DNA of 64,000 nt from the human T2T-CHM13v2.0 reference genome, Homo sapiens: the NCBI RefSeq assembly GCF_009914755.1, contig NC_060931.1. The stretch is one strand, 5' to 3'. Every line of letters begins with the position of its first letter. Within the stretch, counting starts at the first letter, position 1. The notes below the pieces were generated by a model. The model had not been told where the DNA came from. It searched no databases and saw only the letters and a program-made list of their open reading frames with translations. Both the position numbers and the translations under genes were made by a program. Positions 12,900 through 26,873 of the stretch are shown here, piece after piece.

Positions 12900-13290
12900 T
12901 GATTGCATGATTGTATATGTAAGTCAATTTTTTTTACAAGAATATGGATAGTGATTTAATGTATTCCTGCAACACAAATTATCTAATCTATTCCCTATTA
13001 ATGAGAATTTAGGCTGTTTACTTTTTTTACTATTTGACAATGCAGAAATAATTATCTTTGTATGTGCATCTTTGTGCACTTTTGGAGACATTTTGGTTCA
13101 TTAAATTCTTAGTATTGACATATCAGCAACAAAGGATACGTACATTTAAAATATCTAAAAATAACTGCCAATTGCTCTCCAAACAGTTTAGATTGTAACA
13201 AAGCAAATTCCCAATACAGTGCTTAAAAATTCATCAAGTAGTAATGACTGCTTTATAATTTTTACCGTTGTGATAGAAGAAAGACTGAGA
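12900..13290 (-). mobile_element. L1ME-type 3' fragment
   Basis: ctattaatgagaatttaggctgtt...ttatctttgtatgtgcatctttgtgcac...aactgccaattgctctccaaa resembles antisense old L1. Confidence 0.6.
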
Positions 13291-13337
13291 TTCTTTTTTT
13301 AAACATATTTTACAAATTAAATAATAATAATTACAGT

Positions 13338-13425
13338 TTCAGAGAGGTGATTTTTTGCCCAAGTTCACAGGAACAGTGAGTGGCAGAGCTGAATCACAAT
13401 CCTGGGCTATTTGACTCCTAAGTAT
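13338..13425 (-). mobile_element. MIR fragment
   Basis: tcagagaggtg...ttgcccaagttcacag...agtggcagagctg. Confidence 0.7.
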
Positions 13426-14544
13426 GTGCTTTTCTTTTCTCCAGTGATTCCCAAGCCAGCAGATCACTGGAAACACACACAGAGCTTTAAAAAACACAGC
13501 TTTGCTCCAGCAGAGATCCATCTGCATTTTTTAAGTTCCTTGGTTGACTCAAATATCAGTTCTATCTCTAATTAGATATAAGAAAGTGTTATAAAGTTAA
13601 CATACTCAGTAAAGCAGGCTGACCGGCTGGAAACTTAACCTGTATGTGTCTCTTCTGTGGGTGCCCTTCATGGAGGGGCAGGAGGAGTGAACCCTGTGGC
13701 TCTTTAGCCAGGTATGGAAGAGAAACATTCTCCTTCTAGGAGGTGGAAGGGCTAGTCTTTTCTATGTCTAAGGTCCAAACTCTTCCTAATGGGACAGTGG
13801 GAATGGAGTAACCTCACCATGGAGTGAATCCATCAGTGGAGGGCTGCCCTGGCCAGGCAGGAAGCTGAACTTATGTGGGACTGCAATGGCAGTGAACCAG
13901 TGTGAGCAGAGCCTGACATGAGGAGCAGCACGGGGTCTGCAGTAGCCACCAGTTTGGACACCAACCCCAGGCCTCCAACCTCACCATCTGCCAGAGGCAA
14001 GGCTCAAGCCTTCCAAATTATTGAATGACCAGAGAGAGAAAGTAATCCGGAGTTTCTGCCACTTGATGGTTGGCAGCTGGGCCTAGTTCTAATTTGACTT
14101 GGTAAACAAAGAAATGTGGCATTATTCACAACTTTAGATCATAGAGCAGTTTACACTGGCAACCTATACAATAGTAAACATATTTTTCCTATACCCTAGT
14201 ATAGGAAAATATAATAAGTTCAGTAAGTTTATAGTAAGTAAATATAGTAAGTTTAGTAAATATAGTAAGTTTATAGTAAAAATAACTTTTATTTTTCTAC
14301 TTTAATTACTCCATCTTTTTCAAAGGAAAAGTAACTTTCAAGGTCCCTCCATTATTTTATAGGAACAGAGGTGTGGTGGAGTCTGTGATTTGGCTTGCAA
14401 GTGTGATCTTGCAGTCTCTTGCTCTTTTCTATTTTGCATGTGTTTGTAAATTTTGGGCAACCAAATATTTTATTTAAAATATTAGGTTATATATAATGAA
14501 GCATTTTTGTATCCTCACATGTAGTCTAATATCCAAATATGTAT

Positions 14545-14673
14545 GTTTTTCCAGCTTGGAGGTATAATTATTGAGGTATAATTAACAAGCAAAAATTATA
14601 TATATTTAAAGTGTACAATGTGAGGTTTTGATATATGTGTGCAGTGGGAAATAATTACAGCATTCAAACTAAG
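14545..14673 (-). mobile_element. L1MA 3' terminus fragment
   Basis: ttgaggtataattaacaagcaaaaattatatatatttaaagtgtacaatgtgaggttttgatatatg. Confidence 0.7.
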
Positions 14674-15467
14674 GCAGTCTCTTGAATGCACCAAAAAAAG
14701 CAAAAGTACTATCTCCCGAAATCACTTGCCAGAGGTAGTTTTTGAAACAAGTTGAACTGTAGATCACATTTTATCTTTGTGAGCTGTCCTATAAGATCCT
14801 CCCACACCCAGCCTGTCTATATTCAGACAGTGTTTGCTAGAATGTAGCTGGACAACCTCTACTTCAACACTCGAGTGAGGTGGCCAGGGGCCAGGAGCAG
14901 TGGGCATGGCCCAGTACCCCTTGGCACTCCCAGGCAGAGCCCACTTCTGCAGACTGTGCTGGTTCTGAGTAATGGGTTAATTTATACACAATGTTCAGCC
15001 AAACATTGAGGCAGAGAATGCCAATGCAAAGAATTGGCCCAAGTGCCAACCAAGGGGCACACCCCTTCAGTAGGCTCAGTTTCGAGGTTGGAGGTGGAAT
15101 TGCATAAGAATTCAGTTACTGTTTATTAACATAGCTCTGTGCACCTCTGGCATCTACTGGCCAGAGACCCTCTGGTTTTCACATTTACCCTCAGCAGGAC
15201 AACCCAGACTGTATGGATTGTGTTTACACTGGAAAAAAAAAAAACATGATATTCCCTACAATGTGAGAAAAGAAGTTAGAGATCTTCTCATCTTCGCTCC
15301 TTCTTTATAGAAATGACAGTACTGAAGCTTAAGAGGTAAACCAACTTTCCCAATCCAGCATTGCTCGTCATAAACAAATCCCCACATATTTTGATAAGAA
15401 TAAAATCCATTTTATTTGCAATCTCAAATATTAGGGCTTTATTACCATGGAATGAAGATCATTCCGG

Positions 15468-15620
15468 TACTTCTTGATCTTGAACATGTGTGGGAATCCC
15501 TGAAGAATCTTGTTACAATGCAGACTCTGATTCTGTAGGTCCGGGTAGGGCCTGAGATTCTGCACTGTTAACAAGCTCCCAGGTGGTGACCCAACTACTG
15601 GCCTACGCTTTTGAATATTG
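15468..15620. mobile_element. MER5A
   Basis: cttgttacaatgcagactctgattctgtaggtccgggtagggcctgagattctgc...aacaagctcccaggtg. Confidence 0.8.
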
Positions 15621-16087
15621 AGCATTTATAGGCAATGCCTTGCCTAGTGTGGGTGGACTTGAGCCTCCACAAGAAAGTATGTAGGGCTTTCCACTGTGAA
15701 TACATTTCCTGGTATGGTGAGGAGTTCCCATCAAAGAATTCTTTTGCTATGCCTAAGAATAGCAAAAGAATAGAATTTCATGCAAGTGCTTTCTTCAGAA
15801 ATAAAGTAAAACTGAGAAGATGGATCATTTAAATGTTTTGTATTTCTGTAAATGCACAAATCATATTTCTAAGTGTCCTTGGCAGAGGAACCTTATCATA
15901 GTTAAGAAAGTTTACATCTGCATCTCCCACTCAGTCTGAGCATGCTTTACTTCCTCTTAAGTAATAATCGACATTGCGAAATTGCAGCTAGGCAACTAGC
16001 AAAATGTTCACAGGGAACACAACTGCTAGCTTTCGCTCATAACAAGCTCCCTTCCCTAACCCATGTCATTCCCTACATGAGCTTATT

Positions 16088-16295
16088 CGTGGGTTTCGCA
16101 GCCTTGGCACTACTGATGTTTGGGGTCATTGTTGCAGGGGCTGTCCTGTGCACAGAAGGTTGTTTAGCAGCATCTCTGGACTCACCGCACTAGATGCTGG
16201 TAGCACTCCACCCCCAGTTGTGACAAACATAAATGTCTCCAAACATTGTCAAATGTCCCCTAGGAGACAAAATTTCCCTTGGTTGAGAATCACTC
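16088..16295. mobile_element. MER20
   Basis: ggggctgtcctgtgcacagaaggttgtttagcagcatc...aaatgtctccaaacattgtcaaatgtcccc...ggttgagaatcact. Confidence 0.85.
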
Positions 16296-16404
16296 CTCTA
16301 CAAAAATAATTTATACTATGTTGGAAAGGACAACTAGCTTAAAACATTGATTTATATAGTTTCAGATTGGAAAGAGAGCTTTACTGCATTTGGGGGTCAC
16401 ACAC

Positions 16405-16467
16405 TGAGACAGAGTCTCACAGTCACCCAGGCAGTGGCACGATCATGGCTCACTGCAGCCTCGACCT
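16405..16467 (-). mobile_element. AluJ right-arm 3' fragment, antisense
   Basis: gagacagagtctcac...gcagtggcacgatcatggctcactgcagcctcgacc. Confidence 0.8.
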
Positions 16468-16663
16468 TGTTTCTACAAAAAATAAACAGTTAGCTGGATG
16501 TGGTGGGGTACTCCTGTAGTCCCAGTTACTCAGGAGGCTGAGGTGGAAAGATCCCTTGGGCCCAGGAGGTCAAGGCTGCAGTGGAGTTGTGATCGTGCCA
16601 CTGCACTCCTCCAGCCTGGGTGACAGAGGGATACCTAGTCTCAAAAAAAAAAAAAAAAAAAAA
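16468..16663 (+). mobile_element. AluJ linker plus right arm with A21 tail
   Basis: tctacaaaaataaa...tcctgtagtcccagttactcaggaggctgaggtgg...ggtcaaggctgcagt...tctc(A)n. Confidence 0.9.
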
Positions 16664-17854
16664 GTGTTTCCTATTCTTTACTCATGGCTTCTCAGCCATG
16701 TAGCTAAATTCTGGAACAGCTCATGTGTACAGTCAATGACAGTAAGTCCGCTTACAATACACTCCACATCACTTTGAGAGAGAATGTTTTACTAACATTT
16801 AACTGACAAAAAGAAGAGAGAAAGAGCAATTAATCAATCAGGTATTTGCCTAAATGCTGAACAAAAGTGATCTACTAAAATAACCACTTGTTCTTAGATC
16901 TGTTGTCTTGCTGTTAAGGGAACTCTGAAGTAAAACACATATTAAGTACTTCAAAATTCACTTCTTGTTCACAGATTCTCTAACATTGTTAAGATGTGAC
17001 AGCCTGAAAACATGTCATGCAGACACTAGTTATTTACTGTACTAATATTAATAACTGGAGGCCCTGGCACAGGGCCAGAGTGAAGGGACCTTTTCTATCC
17101 TCTTTTTTACTGAAAGGGAGGAAAAGGCATTCTCTCAGTTCTAAGCTGGAGGTGGCATCCATCACCTGCCAATGAACAAGATCTGCTGCTACGCAGCTGC
17201 CAACACCCCTTCCATTCACACTCAGCTGATATTTATTGTACACCTACCATGTGCCAGATACTAATCTAGGCACCGCCACATAATTTATCTATTTTATTTT
17301 TACAATAACTCGGTACATTTGGGCACAAATGGAGAATCTAAGGAAAAGGGTTTGGCTAATAATGCCAAGCCTATTTTACAGCCCTTTGCGCTTAAAAAAA
17401 TTTTTTAAGAGAATTTGAATGGATTTTAAGTATTCATTATGTTCATTACATTCATTACTTACTTCCTTGCTTGATTTCTTTATGCAATAGATGTCCTTGA
17501 AGAGTTTGGAAGCAAATTGCAGTTTTGTAAGTTGACTCACTTTTGAAATGTTTTAGTGTGGCTCCATGATATTTATGACTCATGCAGCAAATTTGCCTAA
17601 ACAAAACAACCTTTAGTAAGATGACTAGCCACTCTATCTGATTTTTAATTCTGAATTTTAACTTAGTGGTTTCCTTATAGATGAACATATATAACATTTT
17701 CTCAAGTCATCAATAAAATCTAAGCCAACAGTAGTTTGCATTTTGACAGCAATGAAGTAAACTTAGATACTTGGTGTAGGAATAAATATTAACCCCAATA
17801 GTTCAACCAATCAAATGAAATGTACAGCTGTATGTCTTGAATGACGTCAATGTT

Positions 17855-18325
17855 TGTATTAGTTTCCTATGGCTACTGTGACAAATTACCATAAACTGAA
17901 TGGTTTAAAACAATGAGAATTTTTTCTCTTATAGTTCTGGAAGTCAGAAATCCAAAATCAGTCTCCCTGGGCTACTGTCAAGGTGCTGGCAGGGCTGGTT
18001 CCTTCTGGGACGTGGGAAGAATCTCTTTTCTTGCCTCCATCAGCTTCTCAGGCCATCTGCATTCTGTGGCTCTTGACCTCATTCTCATGTCATCCCAACC
18101 TCTTGCCTCTATCTGCTGTGAGTCACTCTGATCTCCTGCCTCCCTCCTATAAAGACTCTTGTGATTACATTGGCCCAACCCAACAACCCAGGATAATCTC
18201 TCACCTCAAGATCTGTAACTTAATCACACGTGCAAAGTCTCTTTTACAAAGCAAGGTACCCATATTCACTGGTTCTGAGAATTAGGACTTGGCTGTCTTT
18301 AAGAGGCCATTATTCATCCTATGAC
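17855..18325 (-). mobile_element. MLT1C/D LTR
   Basis: tgtattagtttcctatggct...acaaattaccataaactg...gtgattacattggccc...ttaatcacacgtgcaaagtc. Confidence 0.85.
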
Positions 18326-18865
18326 AACACTGAAACAAAACTCAAACTAAACTTAGTAAAGGATTGGTACAGAGCCAACTAATTACCTAAATCAGTTTAA
18401 GTAATTAAGAAATAGACCTGGAAAAAATGCAGCGAGTGATGAATTTTAATCCAATCTGCCAATACAAATCTGGGACTTTCCATTTTTATAAGAAACGCAG
18501 CAGTGAGATGAAAATAATCCTTAAAACATCACTGAAAGGCCCTGTAATTATAACCTGCTCCCTGGAAATTAAAGGAAAACTAAAAGAAGTATCCAGAAAA
18601 CCCCAAACTTGGCTGTACTTATCACAGACATTGGTAAGTAATAATACTATACAACATTCACTTTGGATTATTATCTAGAAAAATTGATTAGCTTGACTGA
18701 GGCCATTATTTTTTCCCAGACCCCATTTATAAGCAATGCTATCTATTGATGAAAAGCTGTTTGAAAGCAGAGTGTGGCGTGGATCTCTTCTCCATAAGCA
18801 ACCTGCTCTGACCACCCTGAATGAGCCTGATTAGATGCATTCTTTGCTAAGCAAAGGGCACTTTG

Positions 18866-18908
18866 TTTATTTTTTATTTATTTATTTATTTATTTATTTA
18901 TTTTATTA
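18866..18908. repeat. (TTTA)n
   Basis: Seen directly. Confidence 0.85.
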
Positions 18909-19085
18909 TGTTTTAGCACAACTTGCACAGTAATATTCAAGGAAAAATGTTTGAAACCAAGTGTCTCTGTCTCACTATGGAATGAAGTTAAACAGACATA
19001 GTTATGCATCTATACTGCTTTAAGCAGGGGTAACAATAAAATACTTCAGTTAGATTGTAACAGTACATGCACTGCAAAATGCACT

Positions 19086-19384
<299 letters not shown>

Positions 19385-19569
19385 GCAAAGTGCACTTTAA
19401 ATACAGTTGTATTTATCTTCCAACAGGTATAAAAACCATTATAAACTATATAATGAATTGGCTCTACCAGTTTATTCAATAAATATTTAAACAGTTATTA
19501 AGATGGTAATTATATACTTTGAAGGAAACGTAATAATGGATTTTATCCTTGAGGCTAAAAAGCACTTGT

Positions 19570-20083
19570 GGGGCTTTTGGTCTCCTCCTCTTGAGGAAAT
19601 TTGTGACTGTTTTTAACCACTACAGTTCAGCAGAAATTATGCAAAATAATTGTCCAAAGTAGGGACAGAAAAAACCAAGAAGCTGAAAAGACCATGGATG
19701 TCAGGTGGAATAAACATTCACTCCCAGAGCCCCAAGCTGCCAGGTGAAAAGCCTAACTATCCTGAGGCTCAGAAGGTATGAGGAAGAGGCCATGCCGTGT
19801 GGAGAGCCCAGGTGTAAGGTGTTAAAGTTGACAGTCTCAGCTGCAGCCAGCCTTCAAGTCATTCCAGCCCAGGCAAGATCTATAAATGAAGAAGCCTCCA
19901 GATAATTCCTGCCCAGTACAATCAAGTCAGCTGGAGCTGCTACACTGTGGAGCACAGATAAACCACACCTGCCTTGCGATGTCCAAGTTTCTGACCCATA
20001 GAATCTGTGAGCATGATGAAATGGTGGTGTTACCTGCCGCTAGGTTTTGAGATGATTTGTTACATAGCAAAAATAATCAGAAG
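19570..20083 (+). mobile_element. MLT1H/G-like LTR
   Basis: tgaagaagcctccagat...ttctgacccatagaatctgtgagcatgatgaaatggtggtg...gatttgttacatagcaa. Confidence 0.75.
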
Positions 20084-20339
20084 AGTCTTTCAAGGCTGAC
20101 CACAAATTAATGTAATGTAATGTCAACGAAACTTTTTGTGTTAACACGGAATTGTGACTGAAGCCACAAAGCTGACAAAGTGAGGTGTTATAAGTGTATC
20201 AACTCTCATTAGAGCTGCCCAAAATAGGGCCAGCCAAGAGCAGCAGCACAATGGACCATTGTGCAATCACACCAGCCCCCAATGTATTTGACAGGACACT
20301 TATTTTGCAAATCTTCATTTATCGTTAAGTATAAACAGG

Positions 20340-20515
20340 TGTTTACCTCACCTTCAATGGTCAACAACCTAAGGTGACTTAAAAAAAAATACTGATACCA
20401 AGTCCCTCCCCAGATGGATTGAATCAGAGCTACTTAGGGTGGAGCCAAAAGGCTTGTTTTTTAAAGCTTCCCAGGTAATTCTAATATGTGTGTAGTCGGG
20501 TATGAGAACGATTGC
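20340..20515. mobile_element. MER5-family element
   Basis: aaaatactgataccaagtccctccccaga...gaatcagag...ttttaaagcttcccaggtaattctaat. Confidence 0.65.
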
Positions 20516-20609
20516 AAGCAAAAGCAGCTGAGGGACGCTGTCCAAGGAGTAGGCTCAGTAGCACGAACTGCAAATACTTGAGAAGGGAAAAGTTCAGCCT
20601 TGTGCTGGA

Positions 20610-20830
20610 AAGTGGTTTAGCATGCTGGAGCTGGTTTTCTGCTTGGTAGCCCTACAACTTTGGCCCAACTACTTGGCCTCTGGGACTCAGATTCCTCCTC
20701 TTTAAAATGGTGCTAATAATAGCACCCACCCTCTGTGAGGAGGATGCTGTGAGGACAAAATGAGATCATCCACATAAGCCGTGAACCCTGTTCCTGGTAA
20801 GGTAAGTGCTCAGTAAATGAGCTGCTATTA
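20610..20830 (+). mobile_element. MIR
   Basis: ctcagattcctcctctttaaaatgg...aataatagcacccacc...gtgaggacaaaatgagat...taagtgctcagtaaatg. Confidence 0.8.
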
Positions 20831-22767
20831 GTACAAGGTTATGTTGGAAATTTATGATGAAGTACTGCCATATAATGAAGTTCTTTTTAGTTTTTCAAAC
20901 ATTTCATGAATGTACCTTATTTCAGCTATAGTTAGTATCCAAACAACTTTGCTAGATTGATCCACTTTTTATCAGATTTTTCTTGATATCAGGAAAAGCT
21001 GTGCTTTGCCTGAGCAACCACTTTTTCATTTTTTATTTTTTCTTAATTTGGATGCAATGAATCTTGCGGTCAATTTGTCTCTTTGCTTTGGCATTAGAAA
21101 ACTAAACTGACCCAAATCTCATAACTGAATAAAACTGGCTATATTGGTCTCTCCTTGTTTTTTCCGTTCCTCCTTAAAACCTCAGCTTTGATTTTATACT
21201 TTCATGCAACATGTACATCTTTTTAGAAGGTGACTCAAGCACTTGGTAGGATGGGACCAAGGTAAGTTATCTGTATTAGGAGAGTTTTTCTATGATGAGG
21301 TCCAGACTAATAGGCAACTGGTTAATTGAAAAATGTGGTTAAAGCAGGGAGTCCTTAAAACATGTATACACACCTTAAATTTTTTTAACTTAAAACATAC
21401 AAATGTGCATCTTTTAATTGATCTTTTGGTATACAGGTTGTTACAAGTCCTTGTCTTTAGAAAAGGATCTACTGCTAGAACTTGTCACTGTGTTTCTTGT
21501 ATCTCCCACACCTGAAATTCATCAACTACTATAACCACTTTTTAAAATAGAATGAGAACTGAGACACTTTTAAAGAGTGTAGAATCTTCCTAGAATGTTA
21601 ATATATTCCTCCCGAATCTTTAACAATTTTCTTGCCCACATCGAATTCAAAAACATTTTTAATTACTTCCATTGTCAAAATATTTTAATACTTTTAACCA
21701 AATTTTCATAGGAGCAGTAAATTTCTTGTTGCATTTCATTTGTAATATTTTTATTCTCAGGTTTGGGACAAATAAATTGAATCTCAGGACACAACTCAAC
21801 TGGTGGAAACAAAAGAGCTTGAGGCTGTCCATTAGCCTATTTGTTGTGAATGTCCATGTTCTGTCACTTTGGTCTGTATGTTTTGGACAGAGTGGGGAGT
21901 TTTGTATAAGTGGTTGATATAGAAAAATAGCGACATGAATAGGCCCATGTAAAAATACATAGCTAAACTTAGCAATGAGAACATTCAGAGGTATCCAAAT
22001 ATACAAGTATGTAGAGGAACACGAGTGGATGACCATGGGTTAGTACATCTGTGTAGATGGCTGTGTGCACATGTGCCCATGCTTTCCCATAAATGATTGT
22101 TTTTATTCTCTTCCTCTCATAATATTGCTCTTGGAAAGATCTGACAGTACCTTTCATTTGGTTGCCATTTTCAGAATGAATGTAACTTTAGTTTTTACAT
22201 TGGTTCCATGTAGTTCAAAAGTTGTTTCCTAAACTGATGTTTACTGTTCTTTAATATTTCTGGGAATATTTTAGATGTTTGTCCAAATCTAAAAAAATTA
22301 TAACACAGCATGCTTGGGAGAGCACACACATTTTATTGGTAAGAAACATTCTTTCCCTTCATGACTGTCTTTTAAAATTTCCTGATTATTGTGCCTCAAT
22401 TATAGAGGAAACATTCTTGACTTGGGGGATTAGCTTCATAAACTCATGAATCTCCTGAATATGGTAGGTAGATTTAACACTGAGCAATGAAAACTACTAA
22501 ATATTAAAGGAAAAGTGAAAGTTGTACCTCGTCTGCAGCCAACTGTGATAGGTAGCAACTTTGTCACCTGAGGCTCTCTAGAACACTCAGAAAAGGAGAT
22601 TTGTTCTTCCCAGGGTGATAAGGAAGGGTCCTAGTGATGGGTGTAAAATTCTTTTCAGGTGCACAATAAAAAGCATTAAGGCAAAAGCTTTTATCTGATT
22701 ACCATTAAGTAAATCAGGGATTTCTGTAGAAACTTACATTTCAGGTGTATCTTAAATATGATAATTG

Positions 22768-23325
<558 letters not shown>

Positions 23326-25144
23326 TTATCTTTATTCTTTAGGTCCCTTTATGGGTCCACCTCTGCCTATCTTAATGATTAACTATACAAGCTGAAAAAA
23401 ATTATAGAAATATATTAATAACTGATTTAACCATATTAAGTTCAATTACAAAGTTCAGCTGGTCTCTCAGCTCTGGGTGTGACCACAGATCACAAAGTTC
23501 TGAGAACGGCTGGGAAGCATGTCTAATAGATTGTGCTTTTCTATTAATCACACAGCTCTTAGTTCTGGGGTTTTATGATAAATCCTAAGGTTTATCCCAA
23601 ACTACTTTCTTCCAATGCAGCTTTTGGTATATGAATATTCTATGGGTAGTATATTTTCATTAATAATGTCTATTAAGTATAAGTTAGAATACATGTCCCT
23701 AAATACTTTAAACATGTGGAGAAATGTTAAATCTTTAGGCAAATTACATACAGAATAGTCAATCATCTTTATTGTTCTTCCCCAGAGACCAAGGGATTAA
23801 TAAGATATTAAATGGCCAATTTTAAGTATTGTGTTAAGGCAAAGTTGATTATAGTTCACAGAAGGAATGTTAGCAAGATGCGTAATTAAACATTATTTGG
23901 GTCACAGCCTAATAGTCATGGATTGAAGAGTGATAGTGACCTAATCTTGAAGTCTTAGAATTTAAAGCATGAAAACACTTAACAGCATTACTCTCTCAAG
24001 TGTGGTTATTGCCTCCCAAGAAGTGCACAGGAGAATCTACTGGAGTACACGAGTTAATACCAGAACTTAGAAATGTAAGTTTACATTGTATATGAAGAGG
24101 AAACAAGACAAACTTTACTTGATCCACTCTTCAACACCAATGCTATGGTTCATAGTGCATCCCTGAAGTCACAAGACATAGACTGCTTGTGAGGTGCTCC
24201 AAGGACAGGAAGGGAGCTCTACAGCCCAGAGTAGAGCGATAGAAGCATCTGTAGTCATTCATTACCTTCTAAAATTTAGAGACCCATTGCAGTTTACCTA
24301 TGAAAAATTTTTGTTTCAATATTCTTCTAGATGTCAGGATAATTTTTTCTTGATTTTACTAATAAACTTCATTGCTTTTGTTTATATTCTAAGAATTTTA
24401 TTCACTTAGTTCTGTAATAAGTCTGAAGACAAAATAGTTTAAGAGTCTGTACTTTATGTTTTATTGAAATGTTCCAAAATGTCATTACAACTTGCAGTTT
24501 AAAATGGTATATTTGAGCTTCATCAACCTTTAAAATAAATGTCATATCTTGAGTTTGAGCTTCTCTTCTGCATCTCTAAAATATATTTTAGAGAATTTAA
24601 AATATCATTGTCCCATCTTCCAAAGTCTGAAAAACTTTGCAATGGATAGACCATCTCATTAAATTAGATCATTTAAAGAAAAATCCAATTTGATGTGTGT
24701 ATTTAAAATACTGCGCCTTTGAGACAAACCTGGAAAATATATATATAAATATAGAACTGTTGAAAAGGTATGCGAATAGTCCACAACTTCAGGGTGTCCT
24801 GGAGGTGAGTCCTCATCTCATGAGACTTAGATAATGAGCTGCTCACAGACATATTCCGTGTACTTACTAAAAAAGAATGCTGTCTATATCTTTCATTACA
24901 GCTCTACTGTCAAAAGACTATGAATGTTGTCAGTTGTTCATTGTCAAGGTACAATGTCCAGAACTTCTTTGTTGAGTAAAGTCAAGTAAAGTCATAGCCT
25001 TCAGTTGGCAAAAAATGGTAAAAATTACTCCTAGGTTGTCTATTTTACTACTTGCACACAATAATCAATTGACTGGTGTTTGTCATATCCAAGGCAGAAT
25101 CTGCAATAATGGACTCATATTCGATGTTTGTTTATATCACTTAA

Positions 25145-25484
25145 TGAGACAGCCAAGTGTGAAGGGGTTCCTGGAAAAATTCCAACCAGCCCGTGCAGTG
25201 GAAAGTGTGCACGTTGGGGTGGAGCCACAGAAGTTTGTGCCATTTGCAGCAGGGAGGAGCTTGGCCCTTCCTCTCTCCTGGGAGGAACCTGGGATTCAAT
25301 CTGCGAGGCAGGAAGGATATACTAGCAGGACTCACTCTGCTGAGGGTACCTGTTTCCCCTTTTCTTCCTTTTTGCCCAATAAATTGCATTTTCTCAACCT
25401 TGAAAGTATCTGCAAGCCTCATACTTTATGGCAATGTGACAAGTACCCCATTTTTAGCTGAACTAGGTAGAAAATCCTACAACA
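25145..25484 (+). mobile_element. MER61-family ERV1 solo LTR
   Basis: Starts tgagacagccaagtgtgaaggggttcc, ends ttttagctgaactaggtagaaaatcctacaaca; AATAAA near 25378. Confidence 0.8.
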
Positions 25485-26873
25485 TTTTGTTCATGTTTTC
25501 CAATTTTCTTGATTAATTCCCATAAGTAGTTGTGTGTATAAGTTACCACTGTTTTTTGAATCCTGACTTTTTACTAGCAATCTTGCAAAAATAGATCCAA
25601 ATCAGCAATTCATTTAATGATTATGTGATTTCCATGAGATTTCCTTTGAGGAAAACCATATTTTTATCATGCCTTTTGAAGAGCAACCATTTTTATATAA
25701 AAATAACTACAAAGATCATTTTTTAGCACTTGAAGATAATACCAAATGCTCTATTTATTATTCAAGATGCTTGTCTGATGGATTTTTATTTTATTTATGT
25801 GTAATCCAAGCAAACATGGTGTTCTTTATCATCTGTCCTACCAAGACTTCAGAGGTCCTTTTGTCTATAGAAAGCCCATATCTGTCTGTTTTATTAACTA
25901 CTTTAACCCGTAAACTTGTAACAGCTTCAGAGAGGTTAAGAACTTTTGTTTTTTGTTTTTGTTTTTGTTTTACAATAGAAGTATCTAAAAGAAAACTGAG
26001 TAGATAAAAATATTTAATATAAATATTCTTGTAAACTTTCCATTTTAATTAGTTTCCACACAGTGAGCCCCTTTTAACACTGAACATATTCTGCTTTTCA
26101 TTAAATGGTAAAGTCGAATAGAACTTCAGAGATCAGATAAATCCTAAAAATCCCTTAGGCAGAGCCAAATTAAAGCAAAATTTTACAGAAAGTGATTCCT
26201 CCCCACCCCACCGAAACATCCATTCCTCCTGCTCCTATATCCCCCAAGGTATACTTAATCCAAATCCCACACATATTTAATTTCAATTTTGTGGTGTAAT
26301 TGCTCATAAAAATTTAGCTCAGTAGAGGTCAAAGCCTCTCCCTTCTTTTGTCAAAGTGTGTTAACTTTGTATTACTTACAACAGAATAGCTCCCTTTTCC
26401 ATAGACCTTCTATATCTTTAGTGAATTAACCTGCCGTGTAGTTCAAATCATGTATCTCTATATTGCCACAGCAAAGAATCAGTGTTTAGAGATCAAGTCA
26501 AATCAATTTAAATACAAATAAATGAGAATAACGATACAGCACGATTACAAATGAATGTTTTCCTTTGGATCATTTATTACCATCTTATCAGAAAATAGAC
26601 CAAAGACCAAAGTGCTTATTTCAGTGGGAAGAAATGTGATGATTCAGTGAGTTGCTCCCTACAGAATCAATAGAAAGCAGATGTCTTATTCACATACCCC
26701 TGACAATCTTGCAGTAAGTGCTGGTGCCTAGAAACTCTGTTTGTAAGATCATGTATAGCATGTCTGCATCTAAATGAGGATTTGTGTTACTGGAAATCAT
26801 ACATGAGGGATTGCTGCCCCACCCCCATTTCAACACTAGGTAAGCGGGATACATTTTGTCTATCATAACTCAT

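Noticed and set aside
17842-17849. Full CRE palindrome TGACGTCA
   Set aside because: Isolated 8-mer with no supporting promoter context.
23380-24780. Possible hAT/Charlie remnants
   Set aside because: Resemblance too weak to set a family or boundaries.
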